A DNA stretch of 63,515 nt, the filler included, from Chiloscyllium plagiosum (taxonomy: Eukaryota): NCBI RefSeq assembly GCF_004010195.1. It is 5 parts of one record of this genome, joined end to end, with 100 filler letters (N's around TTAATTAATTAA, not from the genome) between each part and the next. Parts side by side here need not be neighbours in the genome. Positions count along the whole stretch, not along the records: positions 51,503 to 63,515 come from NC_057717.1; 4 more parts are not named here. One strand, written 5' to 3'. Positions 51,890-63,515 of this stretch are shown here, in pieces. Made by a program: the position numbers and the translations under genes. Numbering within the stretch: the stretch's first letter is position 1; every line of letters starts with the position of its first letter. The notes below the pieces were generated by a model. That model ran no database searches, was not told the origin of the DNA, and was given only the letters and a program-made list of their open reading frames with translations.

Positions 51890-53083
51890 CCCATTACTTA
51901 CACAGGGTTTGATTCGGAGCAGTCAGCATAGACTTGTGAGTGGGAGATCATGCTTCCCAAATTTCTAAGAGTCCTTTGATGAAGTTACCAGGACGTTTGA
52001 AGAGGGCAGAGTAATAGACGTAGTCTCTATGGGTTTCAGTAAGGCCTTTGATAAGGTTCCACATAGCATGCTGCTCAGGAAGGTTACATCTCGTGGAATG
52101 CTGGCGGAACTGGCCAATTGGATACACAGTTGGCTTGATGGTAGGAAGCAGAGGGTTGAGTGGAAGGATGTTTGTCAGACCGGAGGCTTGGTCCACTGCT
52201 GTTTTTTATCTATGATTTGGTTGAGAATGTACAAGGTATGATTAGTAAGTTTGCAGATGACACTAAAGTAATTGGGAGCATGATCAATGAGGAAGTTTAT
52301 CAGAAATTGCAGCAGGACTTTAATCAGGTGTGAAAAGGGCCGAGAAATGGCAAATGGAATTTAATATCGAAGTGTGAGGTCTTGCATTTTGGAAACTCAA
52401 ATCAAGGGAGGAGTTTCATGGTGAATGGGAGGGTCTTAAAGGGTGCAGTGGGAAGAGAGACCTCGGTGTTCAGGTGCACGGTTCTCTAAGAGTGGAATTA
52501 CAGGTAGACAGGGCAGTGAAGAAGGCTTTTGGCACATTGGCCTTCATGAGGCAGGATATTGAGTATAGAAGTTGGGACCTTACGTTGCAGTTACACAGGA
52601 CTTTGGTAAAGCCGCACTTGGAGTATTGTGTTCAGTTTTGTCTTATGGGGAGGAAGTTATTAAATTAGAAAGAGTGCAGAAGAAATTTACAAAGACGTTG
52701 CCAGGACCTAATGGTCTGAGTTATAGGGATAGGTTGGACAAGCTAGGACCTTTTCTTTAGCGTGTCAGAGACTGAGACAGTCCTTATAGAGATGTATAAA
52801 ATCACGAGGGGTATGGATAGGGTTAATGCTCTCAATCTTTTTCCAAGGTGTAGAGAATCGAGGATTAGAGGGGATCAGTTTAAGGCTAAAGGGGAAGGAA
52901 TAAAAGGGAGCCTGAGGGGCCACTTCTTTATACAGAGGCTGGTACGTGGATGAGTTGCCAGCAGATGTGGGTGAGGGGGGTACATTAACAACATTTCAAA
53001 ACATTTGGATAAATATATGGGTAGGAAAGGACTGGAAGCATATGGGCCAACTGCAGGGAAGTGGGGTTAGCGTGGATGGACAT
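51890..53083 (+). mobile_element. 5'-truncated CR1/HER1-like LINE (RT to 3' end)
   Basis: FSKAFDKVPH, KFADDTK, LVKPHLEYCVQF and IEMYKITRGMDRVN. Confidence 0.9.
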
Positions 53084-55900
53084 TTACAAGGTGGACTCGA
53101 ACCCCTCTGTTAATTCAACCCAAACACCCAGAAAATCTCGCCTCACCTTGTAATCTGTTAAAATATGAGAGACACAGATTTCCTACATTCCACTATTTAA
53201 ACAAAAATTATCAAGTTAGTTTCTTAATTTTAATAGTGAAGACTAAACAACAACTACTCACAAATATAAGCCCCTCTTTTCTTAGGTACTTACTATCTGA
53301 CTCCAACTCTGTAAAAGTATGCTGTTCCAACAACCCACATATGAAACATTAAAATCTCAAGACCATACAGTCTCTATCTTCCCCGCTGTGTTCACTCTTT
53401 CAGCTGCTGATCCGCCTGGGTCATTTTTTTTTATTGCAAGTAGGTTTACATGAACATGTGTCTTTGATAGAGAGTGTTTGAGATGGCCAGTTAGCACTCC
53501 TGCTCTACAGCAGTTGCTCTACTGTTGGATGGCAGCAGCACTCCCTCCAGTGTTCAAAATGCTAGGCTCATATAGTCCCCATGATGTAATAATTCTCATA
53601 ATTTGATTGCTGTCCGGGTGTCCAAACAATAATATTCAAATTCTGTTGGTTTCTGGTATCCTGAGCGTTATTTAAACTCTTTGGTTGCATTTGAATGGCT
53701 GTCAAAACAGCAACTAAAACTCAGGTATCCATTTCTCAGCTAATGGTGACATGTGAAACAGTGTGACCTTTAGCTGACATCTGTGGCTTTAATTTCTATT
53801 CAACAAAACCCAATCTGTTTAAAGTGCCCATACATGTTTTTGGCTTCATAACATCTTCCCGCTTCAGAAAATAAAATGAAACAGCAGAATGAAAAGATGG
53901 TTGCATTTCTTTTCCTCTAATTCTTAATCCCAATTATATGAAATACAAAAGTATTAATCTCAGTTATATCATTCATATTAATTCTGCACACAAATACAAC
54001 ACTGGAATAAGTCAAATCTTACCTATACTTTTTCCTTTAAATCCGCGAAAACACATCTGCAATCACATTGTAGGAGCCACAGCATGTACATCTTGTGAGT
54101 TTAAAGTCGGTAATATAAGACTCCAATGAAATAGTCTCATATTCTGGTCTTTAAATATTCCAAAAAATGCGAGAGATTTGTCGTTGTCCACAACCATCTC
54201 CGACAATTTGTTTGTCATATACACATTAAAATATTGTCAGGCCAGTGTGAAACTTAATCATTCTTGTTCAACAATGGAGATTTTGTATTTTGTTTCTGGT
54301 GGATATTGAGTTTTTTCGACAAGTAGCCAATTAGCCATTCAATTCCATCATTCTCTTTCTGTAACAATACATCTCCGACCCCTATATCCCGAGTATCAAT
54401 CACAATTTTCCAAGAGTTTCAAAATATTTGGTGTATCTTAAACCCGATGCGGTGATTGATCCTGCTTTAAAATTCTCAAACGCTCCCTGGCATTGTTCTG
54501 TCCACCACAATTCTGTTTCCTTCTTTAATAAATCCATCAGTGGTGACAATACGCTGCTGAAGATTGCAACAAACTTCCGATAGAATCCACTCAGTTCCAA
54601 AAATCGAAGCACCTCTTTCTTCGAGGATGGTCGTGGAAATTCCTCAAAGCTCTTCGTCTTTGTGTTCCATGGGATCAACCTTCCATGCCCAATGTAATGT
54701 CCCAACAATGTCGCCTCTGCCTTCGCGAATTCTGTTTTCTTTAAGTTTATTACCAAGTTTGCTTCTTGTCATCGTTCAACATGCTCTGCCAACTGTTACA
54801 TGTGAGCTTTCAACCACTTGCTAAAGATCACTACATCATACAGATAAGCTGCACCATTTGTTCATATGGCCACAACTCTGTTTCTGAGTCTTAAATGTGG
54901 CTGGTGCATTATTCATCCGTATGAAATACTCGGTAATTTTTTTTGTCATCTCTGGTATCTTTACTAGATAGTTTAACTGACTCCACATTTTTTTTTTTAA
55001 TTTGAAAGGGGCCACTAAACCTGGCTTTGAAGAGATTTCTTACCACTGGTGGCAAGACTAATACGTCATCCCCACGGGAAATCTTCAAAGTTTCAGTGTT
55101 TATTTCTGCCACCTGCTTCACTCTATGCTGTGCTCTTCAGATACTGTTTAGCAAACTCACCTATTCCATCTACTCTCTCCTTCACCTCATAAACATAATC
55201 CAGGTGTGAGATTTCCGACTTCGGTCCTGTAAATTTATATTTAATTAATTTCAAAGGAGCTCTCCCTTCATGTACGAATATTAACTCAAAGGAAGTAAAG
55301 TGAGTAGATTTATTTGGGGCATCTCTCATGGCAAACAATTTAATGGGGCACCTTTATTCCAATCATTTGGCCAAGCCTGACAGTACGCTGTTAACATAGT
55401 CTTCAGCGTCTGATGCTAACTTTCCAAGGCTCCCTGGGATTCAGGATGGGACAATACTTGATTTGAAGTGTTGTATGCCTAAGCCATCTATGACTTCCTT
55501 AAACAGCTGAGTGGTAAAATGAGACCGTTGGTCTGATTGAATCTCTCTGGGCAGTCCACAGTGAGTAAAGAAAGCTACCAAGTCCTCCACCTCCCTTTTT
55601 GCCTTGACACTCCGATAATGGAATTGCCTCTGGAAATCTGGTAGACACATCCATTATGGTCAGCATATATTGGTTTCCACTTTTACTTTAGAAAGGGGAG
55701 CTCCACAATTAATCATAATAAGGTTCTTCCAATGCAGGAATTGGCAAGAAAGGTGCTGGTTTTATTACTTCCTGTTACTTACCTGCCATTTGGTATATAT
55801 GTCACGTACAACAAAACTTAACAGCGTCCTTGTGCATTCCAGGCCACTAAAAATGCTTCTGTACCTTATCCTGAGTCTTCTGTACACCATCCTCCTACGT
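53084..55900 (-). mobile_element. Gmr1-type Gypsy fragment: integrase, then RT/RNase H, polypurine tract and 3' LTR
   Basis: Integrase GLPREIQSDQ..HF (about 55650-55000) precedes RT LLGHYIG...LRFLELSGFYRKFV (about 54900-54400); purine tract GAAGCGGGAAGA then TGTTATG at 53853 starts an LTR running to about 53084. Confidence 0.85.
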
Positions 55901-55919
55901 GTTAGGTATGATTCTAACC

Positions 55920-57620
55920 AGCAGGGAGTTTCCCTCTGATACCCATTGATTCCAGTGTTGCTAAGGCCCCTGATACCACACAGGGTCGAATGCGGCCTTG
56001 ATTTAAAGGGCTGTCACTCTCACCCTACCTCTGGAATTCAGCTCTTTTGTCCATGTTTGAACCACGGTAATGAAGTCAGGAGCTGAGTAGCCCTGGATGG
56101 AGCCCAAACTGGGCGTCATTGACCAGGGTATTGCTGAGCAGGTTGCTGCTTAAAAGCACTGAGATCTTCCACCACTTTAGTGATAATCGAGAGTAGACTG
56201 ATAAAGTAGTATTTGGCCGGATTGGATTTGTTCTGCTTTTTATATACAGAGATACTTTGGGTAATTTTCCACATAATGAGGAAAAGCCATTGTTGTAACT
56301 GTATTGAAACAATTTGGCTCTGGGAATGGCAAGTTATGGAGCACAAGTTTTCAGTACTATTGCCAGAATGTTGTCAGATTATGGACCCTATGCAGTTTCC
56401 AGTATCTCCAACCGTTTCTGGCTATCGCCTGGACTGAATCAAATTGGTTGATGACTGTTAACTGAATTGCTGAGGACCACTGGAGGAGGTTGAAATGGAT
56501 CATCCACTCAGCACTTCTGACTGAAGATTGTTGCGAATGGACCAGCCTTATCTTATACACTGAAGTGTTGGGCTCTTCCATCATGGAGGAAGGGGTGATT
56601 TGTGGAATCCCTTCCTCCAGTGAATTGTTTAATTGTCCCCAACGTTTTTCGACTAGATGTGGAAGGACTGCAGAGCTTAGATCTGATTCTTTGCTTGGGG
56701 GATCACTTAGCTCTGTCTATCACGAACTGCTTAGGCTGTTTGGCGCACCAATAGTCCTTTTTGGTGGCTTCACCAGGCTGACACCTCATTGTCAGGTATT
56801 CCTGGTGCTGCTCCTGCCATCCTGCACACTCCACTGAACCAATGTTGATCCTCTGGATTGATGGCAATTGTTGCGAGGGGGATATGCCGGGCCATGAGGT
56901 TATGTGGGAGTACAATTCCACTGCTATTGATGACCCACAACACCTTATGGACACCCAGATTTGAGCTGCTAGATCTGTTCGAAGTCTGTCCTATTTAGCA
57001 CCGTGATAGTACCACCCAAAATGGTGGAGGTTATTCTCAATGTGAAGGTGTGATTTTGCCTCCACAATGACTATGCGGTGGTCATTCTTACAGATACTGT
57101 CATGGACAGATACTTCTGTAACTGGCAGATTAGTAAGGCTGTGGTCAAATATATATTTTCCTCTTGTTGGTTCCTTCACCACCTGCCGCAGAACCACTCT
57201 TGCAGTTATATCCTTTAGGACCCGGCCAGCTCGATTAGTAATGCTGTAGCTGAGATACTGTTGGTGGTGAACATTGAAATCCACCACCAAGAGTACATCT
57301 TGCATACGTGCTACCCTCAGTGCTTCCTCTAAGTGTTGGTCAGCATGGAGGAGTACTGATTCATCAGTTGAGAGAGGCTGGTACATGGTAATCAGCAGGA
57401 GGTTTCCTTTCCCATGTGCAAAATAATACCATGAGACTTCATGGGATACAGAGTCACTCTTGAGGACTCCAAGAACAATTCCCTTCCAACTGTATCCCAA
57501 TGTGCTGCCACTTCTGCTGTGTCTGTCCTGCTGATGAGACAGGAGATATCCGGGGACGGTAATGGCGAGACTGGGACATAGTCACACTCACAGAATCATA
57601 CCTTACATACAATGTCAGAC
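55920..57620 (-). mobile_element. Non-LTR retrotransposon (CR1/L2 group) endonuclease-to-RT fragment
   Basis: LLITMYQPLSTDES...VVDFNVHH...VKEPTRGKYIFD (APE domain); SNPAKY..ISLLSII (RT start). Confidence 0.85.
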
Positions 57621-58239
57621 TGTTGCTTGACGGGTCTATTTATTTCTATTCACTGTTTCCTGCCAGCTGTCCCATTCTGGAAACATGGCCATATATTAGC
57701 CCCAATCAACTCAGATTTGATTTTGCAAATTGGGCTTGGAGCTTTACCAACATTTTTCTAAAAATCAACATGTTTTACATCCATTGCTTCTCTTTCATTT
57801 GCCTGCCAGGCTGTTTCTCAAACATAATTCCCATTTCATAAATCTATGTTAGTGTTGTCTATGACCATTACTTTCAGCCACAATAATTTCTGCGAAACTA
57901 TTTACTCACTATGTTCTATGTTCCATGTACTCTATCATTTTCCCACATCAGACTTGGTTTTCCTTATATTGTTAGAAAGTTTTGTGAAGACAGAACTGAA
58001 GTAGTGGCTTCATTGTTCTGCCACTTCCCTGTTCTCCATTCTCCATTCTCTGGTTTCAAACTGTAAAGAAACTGCACTTGTTTTCTCATATTTCTCACAT
58101 TGACATAATTTAACAAGCTAATACAGTTCACTCTTATAACCCTTCTGAATATAACTCTTCAGAAACCCATCACTTCCTGCCTTAAATTGCTCAATAATTG
58201 ACCTTCCACACTATACACTCACAGGAGCATAGACTCTGT

Positions 58240-61200
58240 GCCAACAGAAATACAGCACGATCTATATTAGTCCCACTTTCCTACAGCAGGCCCATTGCCT
58301 GGAATGTTATGACACTTCCAAGTTCTCGTCCAAGTACTTTTTAACGATTGTGAGGTTACTCGTGATAATTCCCCTCTCAGGAAGTACTCCCAGAACACCA
58401 CACCTCGAGGTGAAAACATGTTTAAATCATCTCTGAACCTCAAACTCTTCACTTTTAAAGTGTGATCCTTTGCTCTTGAACCTCTCACTAAAAGGAACAG
58501 CTGCTGTCCACCCCCCCCCCCCCCTGTCCGTGTCGCGTATAATCTTATCCTTCTGAATCACAGACCCCTCAGCCTTCTCTGCTCCAAAGTAAACAACCCG
58601 AGCTTATCCAGCCTCTCTCCATAGCTGATATGCTCCATTCCAGGGAACATCCTGCTGAATCACCTCTGCACCCCCTCCAGTACAATCACATCCTTCCTGG
58701 AATGTGGCTCCCAGAACTCCATACAGTATTCCATTTTGGCTGAACCAAAGCCCTGTATTGCTCTTATAATCTATGCCATGATTAGGAAACGCTACACACA
58801 AGATCCAGTTCGTAACTAGTCCATTAACCTGTCCAGCAGAAAGTGAGGAATGCAGATGCTGGAGATCAGAGCTTAAAAAAATGTGTTGCTGGAAAAGCGA
58901 AGCAGGTCAGGCAGCATCAAAGGAACAGGAGAATCAACGTTTCGGGCATCAGCCCTTCTTCAGGGGTCTGCCCGAAACGTCGATTCTCCTGCTCCTTTGT
59001 TGCTGCCTGACCTGCTGCGCTTTTCCAGGAACACATTTTTAAGCATTAATCTGAGCTTCCTAGTGTGCTGCCATTCATTGAGTCCTCCCTGCCTGGTTCC
59101 ATCTCCCAAAGTGCATCACCTCATATTTATCAGGATTACATTCCATCTGCCATTGATCTGCCCATCTGACCATTTCATCTGCATCTTCCTGTAACTTAAG
59201 ACCTTCCTCCTCACTGCGATCCAACCGGTCAATCTTTATGTCAAATGTACACTTACTTATCACACCATCCCCACTCTCCACCGAGCCCCCTCCACATTCA
59301 CATCTATATTTTTTTTTATGAATAAAACAAACAATAAGGGATACAGCACTGATCCCTGTGATACACCAGGGGACACTCGTCTCCAGTCGCTCCAACAGCC
59401 TTCTCCCACCACCCTCTGCCTCCTGCCACTAAGACAATTTTCCTTGTAACCTTTCAAGTTATCCTTTATATTGTGAAATTTTACATTATTTTTCAGTTTC
59501 CCAGCTGGAAATTTGTCAAAGGCCTTCCTACAAAACTAAACAATCGACCTCCTCAAACCACTTCAATCAAATACATTGGGTGTGACTTCCTCCTGAAAAA
59601 GTCATGATGATTATCCCTGATTAAACCTTGCGACTCTGATTGGAGTTCAATTTTCTCCTTCCCTATTTTCTCCAGTAGTTTCCTTAACAGTGACCTAATA
59701 CTCGCTCGTCTATAGTAACCTGGTCTATCTGTCCCACCCTTACTGTGAAGTGGAATCATATTAGCAGTTCTCCAGTTCTCTGGCACCTCCCCTATGGTCA
59801 GATTCTAATTAAAATATTCAGTCGGGGTCTTTCCTCCCTTGACCCCAACAGCCGCCTGTGATACAACTCATTCAGACATGGAGATTGGTCCAAATGTATG
59901 CAGAACAAAGTCTCAAATCCCTGCTCGTATTTTACATCAATCTGTTCAAGAGTTTTCCAGTCCATCTTTTTGAATTCTGTACCTGCCTCCTCCTTCTCCC
60001 AAGTAAAATAGATGTCAAGGTCTCATGTAACAATCCATCAATGTTCTCCAGCTTGACACACAGATTGCCCCTTTGGTTTCTAATGGACACTAACTGTTTG
60101 CTGATTATTCTGTTCGACTTGTCCGTGTAGAATTTCGTGGGATTCTCCCAGATCTCGCCTACTTGTAATGTTTTCATTTCCCTGTTATTCAGTCCTTTCA
60201 ATGTTTCTAAGATTCCCTACAATCACCTCTCATGTTTTGAAACTCGAGGTTACAGGCTGAGTTTCCCCATCAGACAAGCTTGCCACGTTAGGGATTAATT
60301 TGTAGAATACCTTTTGCAGTTCCTCTGTAGTCAGTATATTCTTTCTTAGATTGGGACTCCGAACGATACACAATACTCTTAGTTTAGTTTCACCAACACT
60401 CGATGCAACTGGTGCACGACATCCTCTATCTTCCAATTACATTCACATGAATGTAAACCTAATTTTTACTTTCCTATTTGCATATGTTATTCCCAATACC
60501 TCTCGCTTTAACTTTTTTATGAGCTTACTGTGTGAGTTCTTTAAAAAAAGCTCATGAATATCCAACCATACGTTATCCATTAGCTCTTCATTATGTCTCC
60601 AGGAATCATCTTCAAACCATTCCAAACAATGTTTGCCACTTCTGGTTTTCCTTTCATCGGTACATTCTCACACTCCCCAGTTAGGTTATTACCTTCTAAA
60701 TATCTAGTCGCACGTTCTTTGCAATCGAGTCCAGCAGATACCCGACTGTGGATGACAAGATAACTGGTCTGTAGTTCACCACTCTCCAAATCCATCCTTT
60801 CTTAAACTATTGGATAATATTTATAACCTTTGCCTTATCCAGATTGGCTAAATGCCTTTCGGGAATGTGTCAGAAACTAAAGTGAAGATCCGCGATGCAA
60901 TCAACATGTCTATTGCTGCTTCCTCTGAAATTCTTATATGAAGTACATCTAGGCTGTCAGATTTATAAATACTCAATCCAGCTTTCTTTTCAAAGATGAC
61001 ATCAACATTGATAAGAATGATCTTAGACTTTACTTACACAAGTCCCATGGTCACTTGGAATTTGTGGACATCCTTCCTTGAAGATAGGCACAAACAAATT
61101 GTTTCTTTTCCCTGTGATTTCTCTGTTATCTGCAATGAATTATCCTGAACGCACACCAACTGTTTCACATTTGACCTTATTTTTATTTTTTTTTTCAAAT

Positions 61201-61370
61201 ATTGATAGACGCTTTTTATCAGTCTTGATGTTTTTCTTTCATTTGCATGCTTTTTCTTTTATGATTTTCTTCTCAGTTTCTTGGTCATCCTTTGCTGGGT
61301 CCTACATTTCTCTGGATCTACTGGCTTACAGCAGCACGTGGCATTTTACTAAGCTGCCTCCGTTCATCTA
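58240..61370 (-). mobile_element. Composite decayed CR1 fragments; 59405-61370 is paralogous to 16330-18365
   Basis: PENWRTAN, VSQGSVLYPLLF, WADQWQMECNPDKYEVMHFG. Confidence 0.85.
58838..59043. mobile_element. Penelope pseudo-LTR fold-back insertion inside CR1, with a hammerhead-like core on the minus strand
   Basis: About 58878-58948 is the reverse complement of about 58966-59040; the minus strand reads CTGAAGA-AGGGCTGATGCCC-GAAAC-GTT. Confidence 0.75.
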
Positions 61371-61990
61371 ATAGGAAGATGAAAGTGGGGTTGAAAGTGA
61401 TAGCCGGAGAGGAGGGTGGACCAGATTGATAGGAAGGCTCAAAAGCGTGGTGCTGACCTGGAAGGTTGGAGTGGGATAAGGTGGTATTAGGGGAAATGGA
61501 GAATCGGGGAAATCCACTATGATCCCCTGTGGTTGGATGGTCCCAAGGCAGAAGATGAGGCTTTCTTCCTCAAAGCATCTGATGGCTCAGGTTTGGCGAT
61601 GGAGCAGGCCCAGGACCCTCATGTCCTTGGCAGAGTGGGAAGGGAAGTTAAAGTGCACAGCCACAAGGCGATGGAGTTGTTCAATGTGGCTGTCCCAGAG
61701 ATGTTCTCCGAAATGATCCACAAGTTGACCTCCTGCCTCACCAATTGGGAGAAGACCACATTGGGTTTAATGGATGCAGTAGCTGAGGCGTTCTGTCTCC
61801 CTTCGTCACCTATCACTTTCAACCCCACCTTCATCGACCTACCGCAATCCCTGCTAACCTCCCTCCTGCTGCACCCCCTTCTCATTTATCTCTCAGTCCC
61901 CTGGGCCCAAAAGCTTCATTCCTGATGAAGGACTTATGCCCGAAACATCGATTTATCTGAACTCCAGCATCTGTAGTTCCCAGTTTCTGC
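61370..61990 (-). mobile_element. Penelope-like fragment paralogous to 15850-16325, with an inverted pseudo-LTR and a hammerhead-like core at 61922-61949
   Basis: Same internal inversion junction as the 15.9-kb copy; CTGATGA...GAAACATC on the plus strand. Confidence 0.8.
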
Positions 61991-62904
61991 TCACACCTTC
62001 AGGGTTTGCATGACTCAGATTTATAACGGTTACTTCAAATAAAACAAAAACTGTTGTGTACTCAAACAACATAAAAGAAAACCAATACATTGTGGTCACT
62101 GTTCCCAAAAGGTCCTTTACAGCAAAATTTTCAATTAGCTCTTCTGATCACACAACACCAATTCCTAAATAACCTGATCTCGAGCTCAGTGCTCGACATA
62201 ATGTTCATGTAAACCATCTCACACGTGGTCATGAAATCCATTTTTCCCAGCATCAGCATTCAATTGGGTTAACACAGTTTAGATATAATGTAAACAATAC
62301 ATTATTACTGTACCCACAAATGTGTATATCTCATTTCCTGTTTTATAACATGCCCAACATTTGTATTGCAGCTTTCACTTTGATATATAACTCCCGTCAA
62401 TGTTTGCTCCTCCTTGCTGTTTTTGCGCTCCGCCTTATTAGATTCTGTGGAATCTGAGCGATGTGGGCTCTGGGGAGATTAATGGTAGAGATCATCTCGC
62501 CACATCATTTATGATCTTCTCCAACTTTAGGTTCTCCAGATCTCCCGTTATGCTGATGGAGTAGAGAAGGACAATGACTTTCCAACAATGCTCTGCATTC
62601 TCCCAGAGAGCTGAGACAGCTATAACCTCGGTGGGAACTTTACAGCAGGCTGGTAAAGTGTTGCTGCTGCTCTATAGGGAGATCACATCTGGAGTAGTGT
62701 GTACAGATTTAGCCTCTTCTCTGAAGAAAGGATGTTGTGATATTGGAAGCAGCTCAGAGATGGTTCCCTCAACTGATTCCTGCAATGAAGGTGCTAGCTT
62801 AATGAAAGGATGATCAGGTTGACCCAGTAGCCATTGGAATTTACAAAAATTAAAGAAGATCTTATTTGAACATAGATGACAGACGGAGTTAACAAGTGAA
62901 GTGA

Positions 62905-63515
62905 ATTACACAGATAGTGGAGGAATCCATTCCGTTGTCAAGCCTGTTACAGAGGAACAACAGGAGGATATTCAGGCCTTCGAACCTGTTACACAAAAAC
63001 AGGACGAGGCCATTCAGCCCCTGGAGCCTGATATATATTTACAGAAGGAGGCCAATCAGCTACTCGAGCCTATAACCGTAGGCCATGCTGCACCAGTATC
63101 CTGTTAAACAGCAACAGGATCAGTCCATTCAGCCTCCTCAAGTCTGTAACATAGGAACTGGAAGAGGTCACACAGTGACTGGAGCTTGTTACACTGGGAT
63201 AACAGGAGGCCATTCAGACCCACCGAGCCTATTGCAAGGGAATTGGATAAGGATAAAAACTATCTGAGACTTCTTTCATGAGAAAGGAAGAGGTAATTCA
63301 GACACGTGTCTGTTGTATGGGAACAAGAGAAGATCAATCAATCCCTCGGTCCCGTCTCCGGGATACATGAGGATACCGTTCAGTATTTCCATCTGTTATG
63401 GAGAAATATGAGAAGACCCGTCAGCCCCTCAAAATGTTACACAGCAACAGGAAGATTCCATAATCTCCCAATCCTCTAAAGCATCAACAGGATGAGGTTA
63501 TTCTGGCCTTGGAGA
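62905..63515 (+). repeat. Decayed 42-bp minisatellite (same family as 12340-12650, opposite strand)
   Basis: Units like GTTACACA.GAACAGGAGGAGGCCATTCAGCCCCTCGAGCCT; the 14-aa periodicity is visible in ORF 62901-63107. Confidence 0.85.

Noticed and set aside
15850..61855. Giant DNA transposon with multi-kb terminal inverted repeats
   Set aside because: The arms are diverged composites of retroelement debris on different contigs, with no transposase or defined termini; segmental duplication is simpler.

Overview
Eukaryotic, repeat-dominated vertebrate DNA. The HE1-type SINEs, CR1/HER1-type LINEs and Penelope-like elements point to a shark genome (inference). The window is five contigs joined by identical artificial 100-bp spacers (N44-TTAATTAATTAA-N44), plus one 500-N gap. 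No intact protein-coding gene is visible; almost all short ORFs are transposon debris. The one recognisable host-gene sequence is a frameshifted first coding exon of a GPR139/GPR142-like class A GPCR (about 39259-39423), with a 7-aa repeat N-terminus and no second exon in the window. Other contents: an 18.6-kb C-rich 34-bp satellite with higher-order structure, an internal fold-back inversion and a near-ERE palindrome in the consensus unit; an end-complete but internally gutted L1 carrying a solo LTR; Gmr1-type Gypsy elements (SCAN-like gag, integrase upstream of RT); a decayed Harbinger Myb/SANT exon; Penelope pseudo-LTRs with minimal hammerhead-ribozyme cores; and paralogous composite blocks indicating segmental duplication. 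Boundaries of old repeats are approximate and read by eye.
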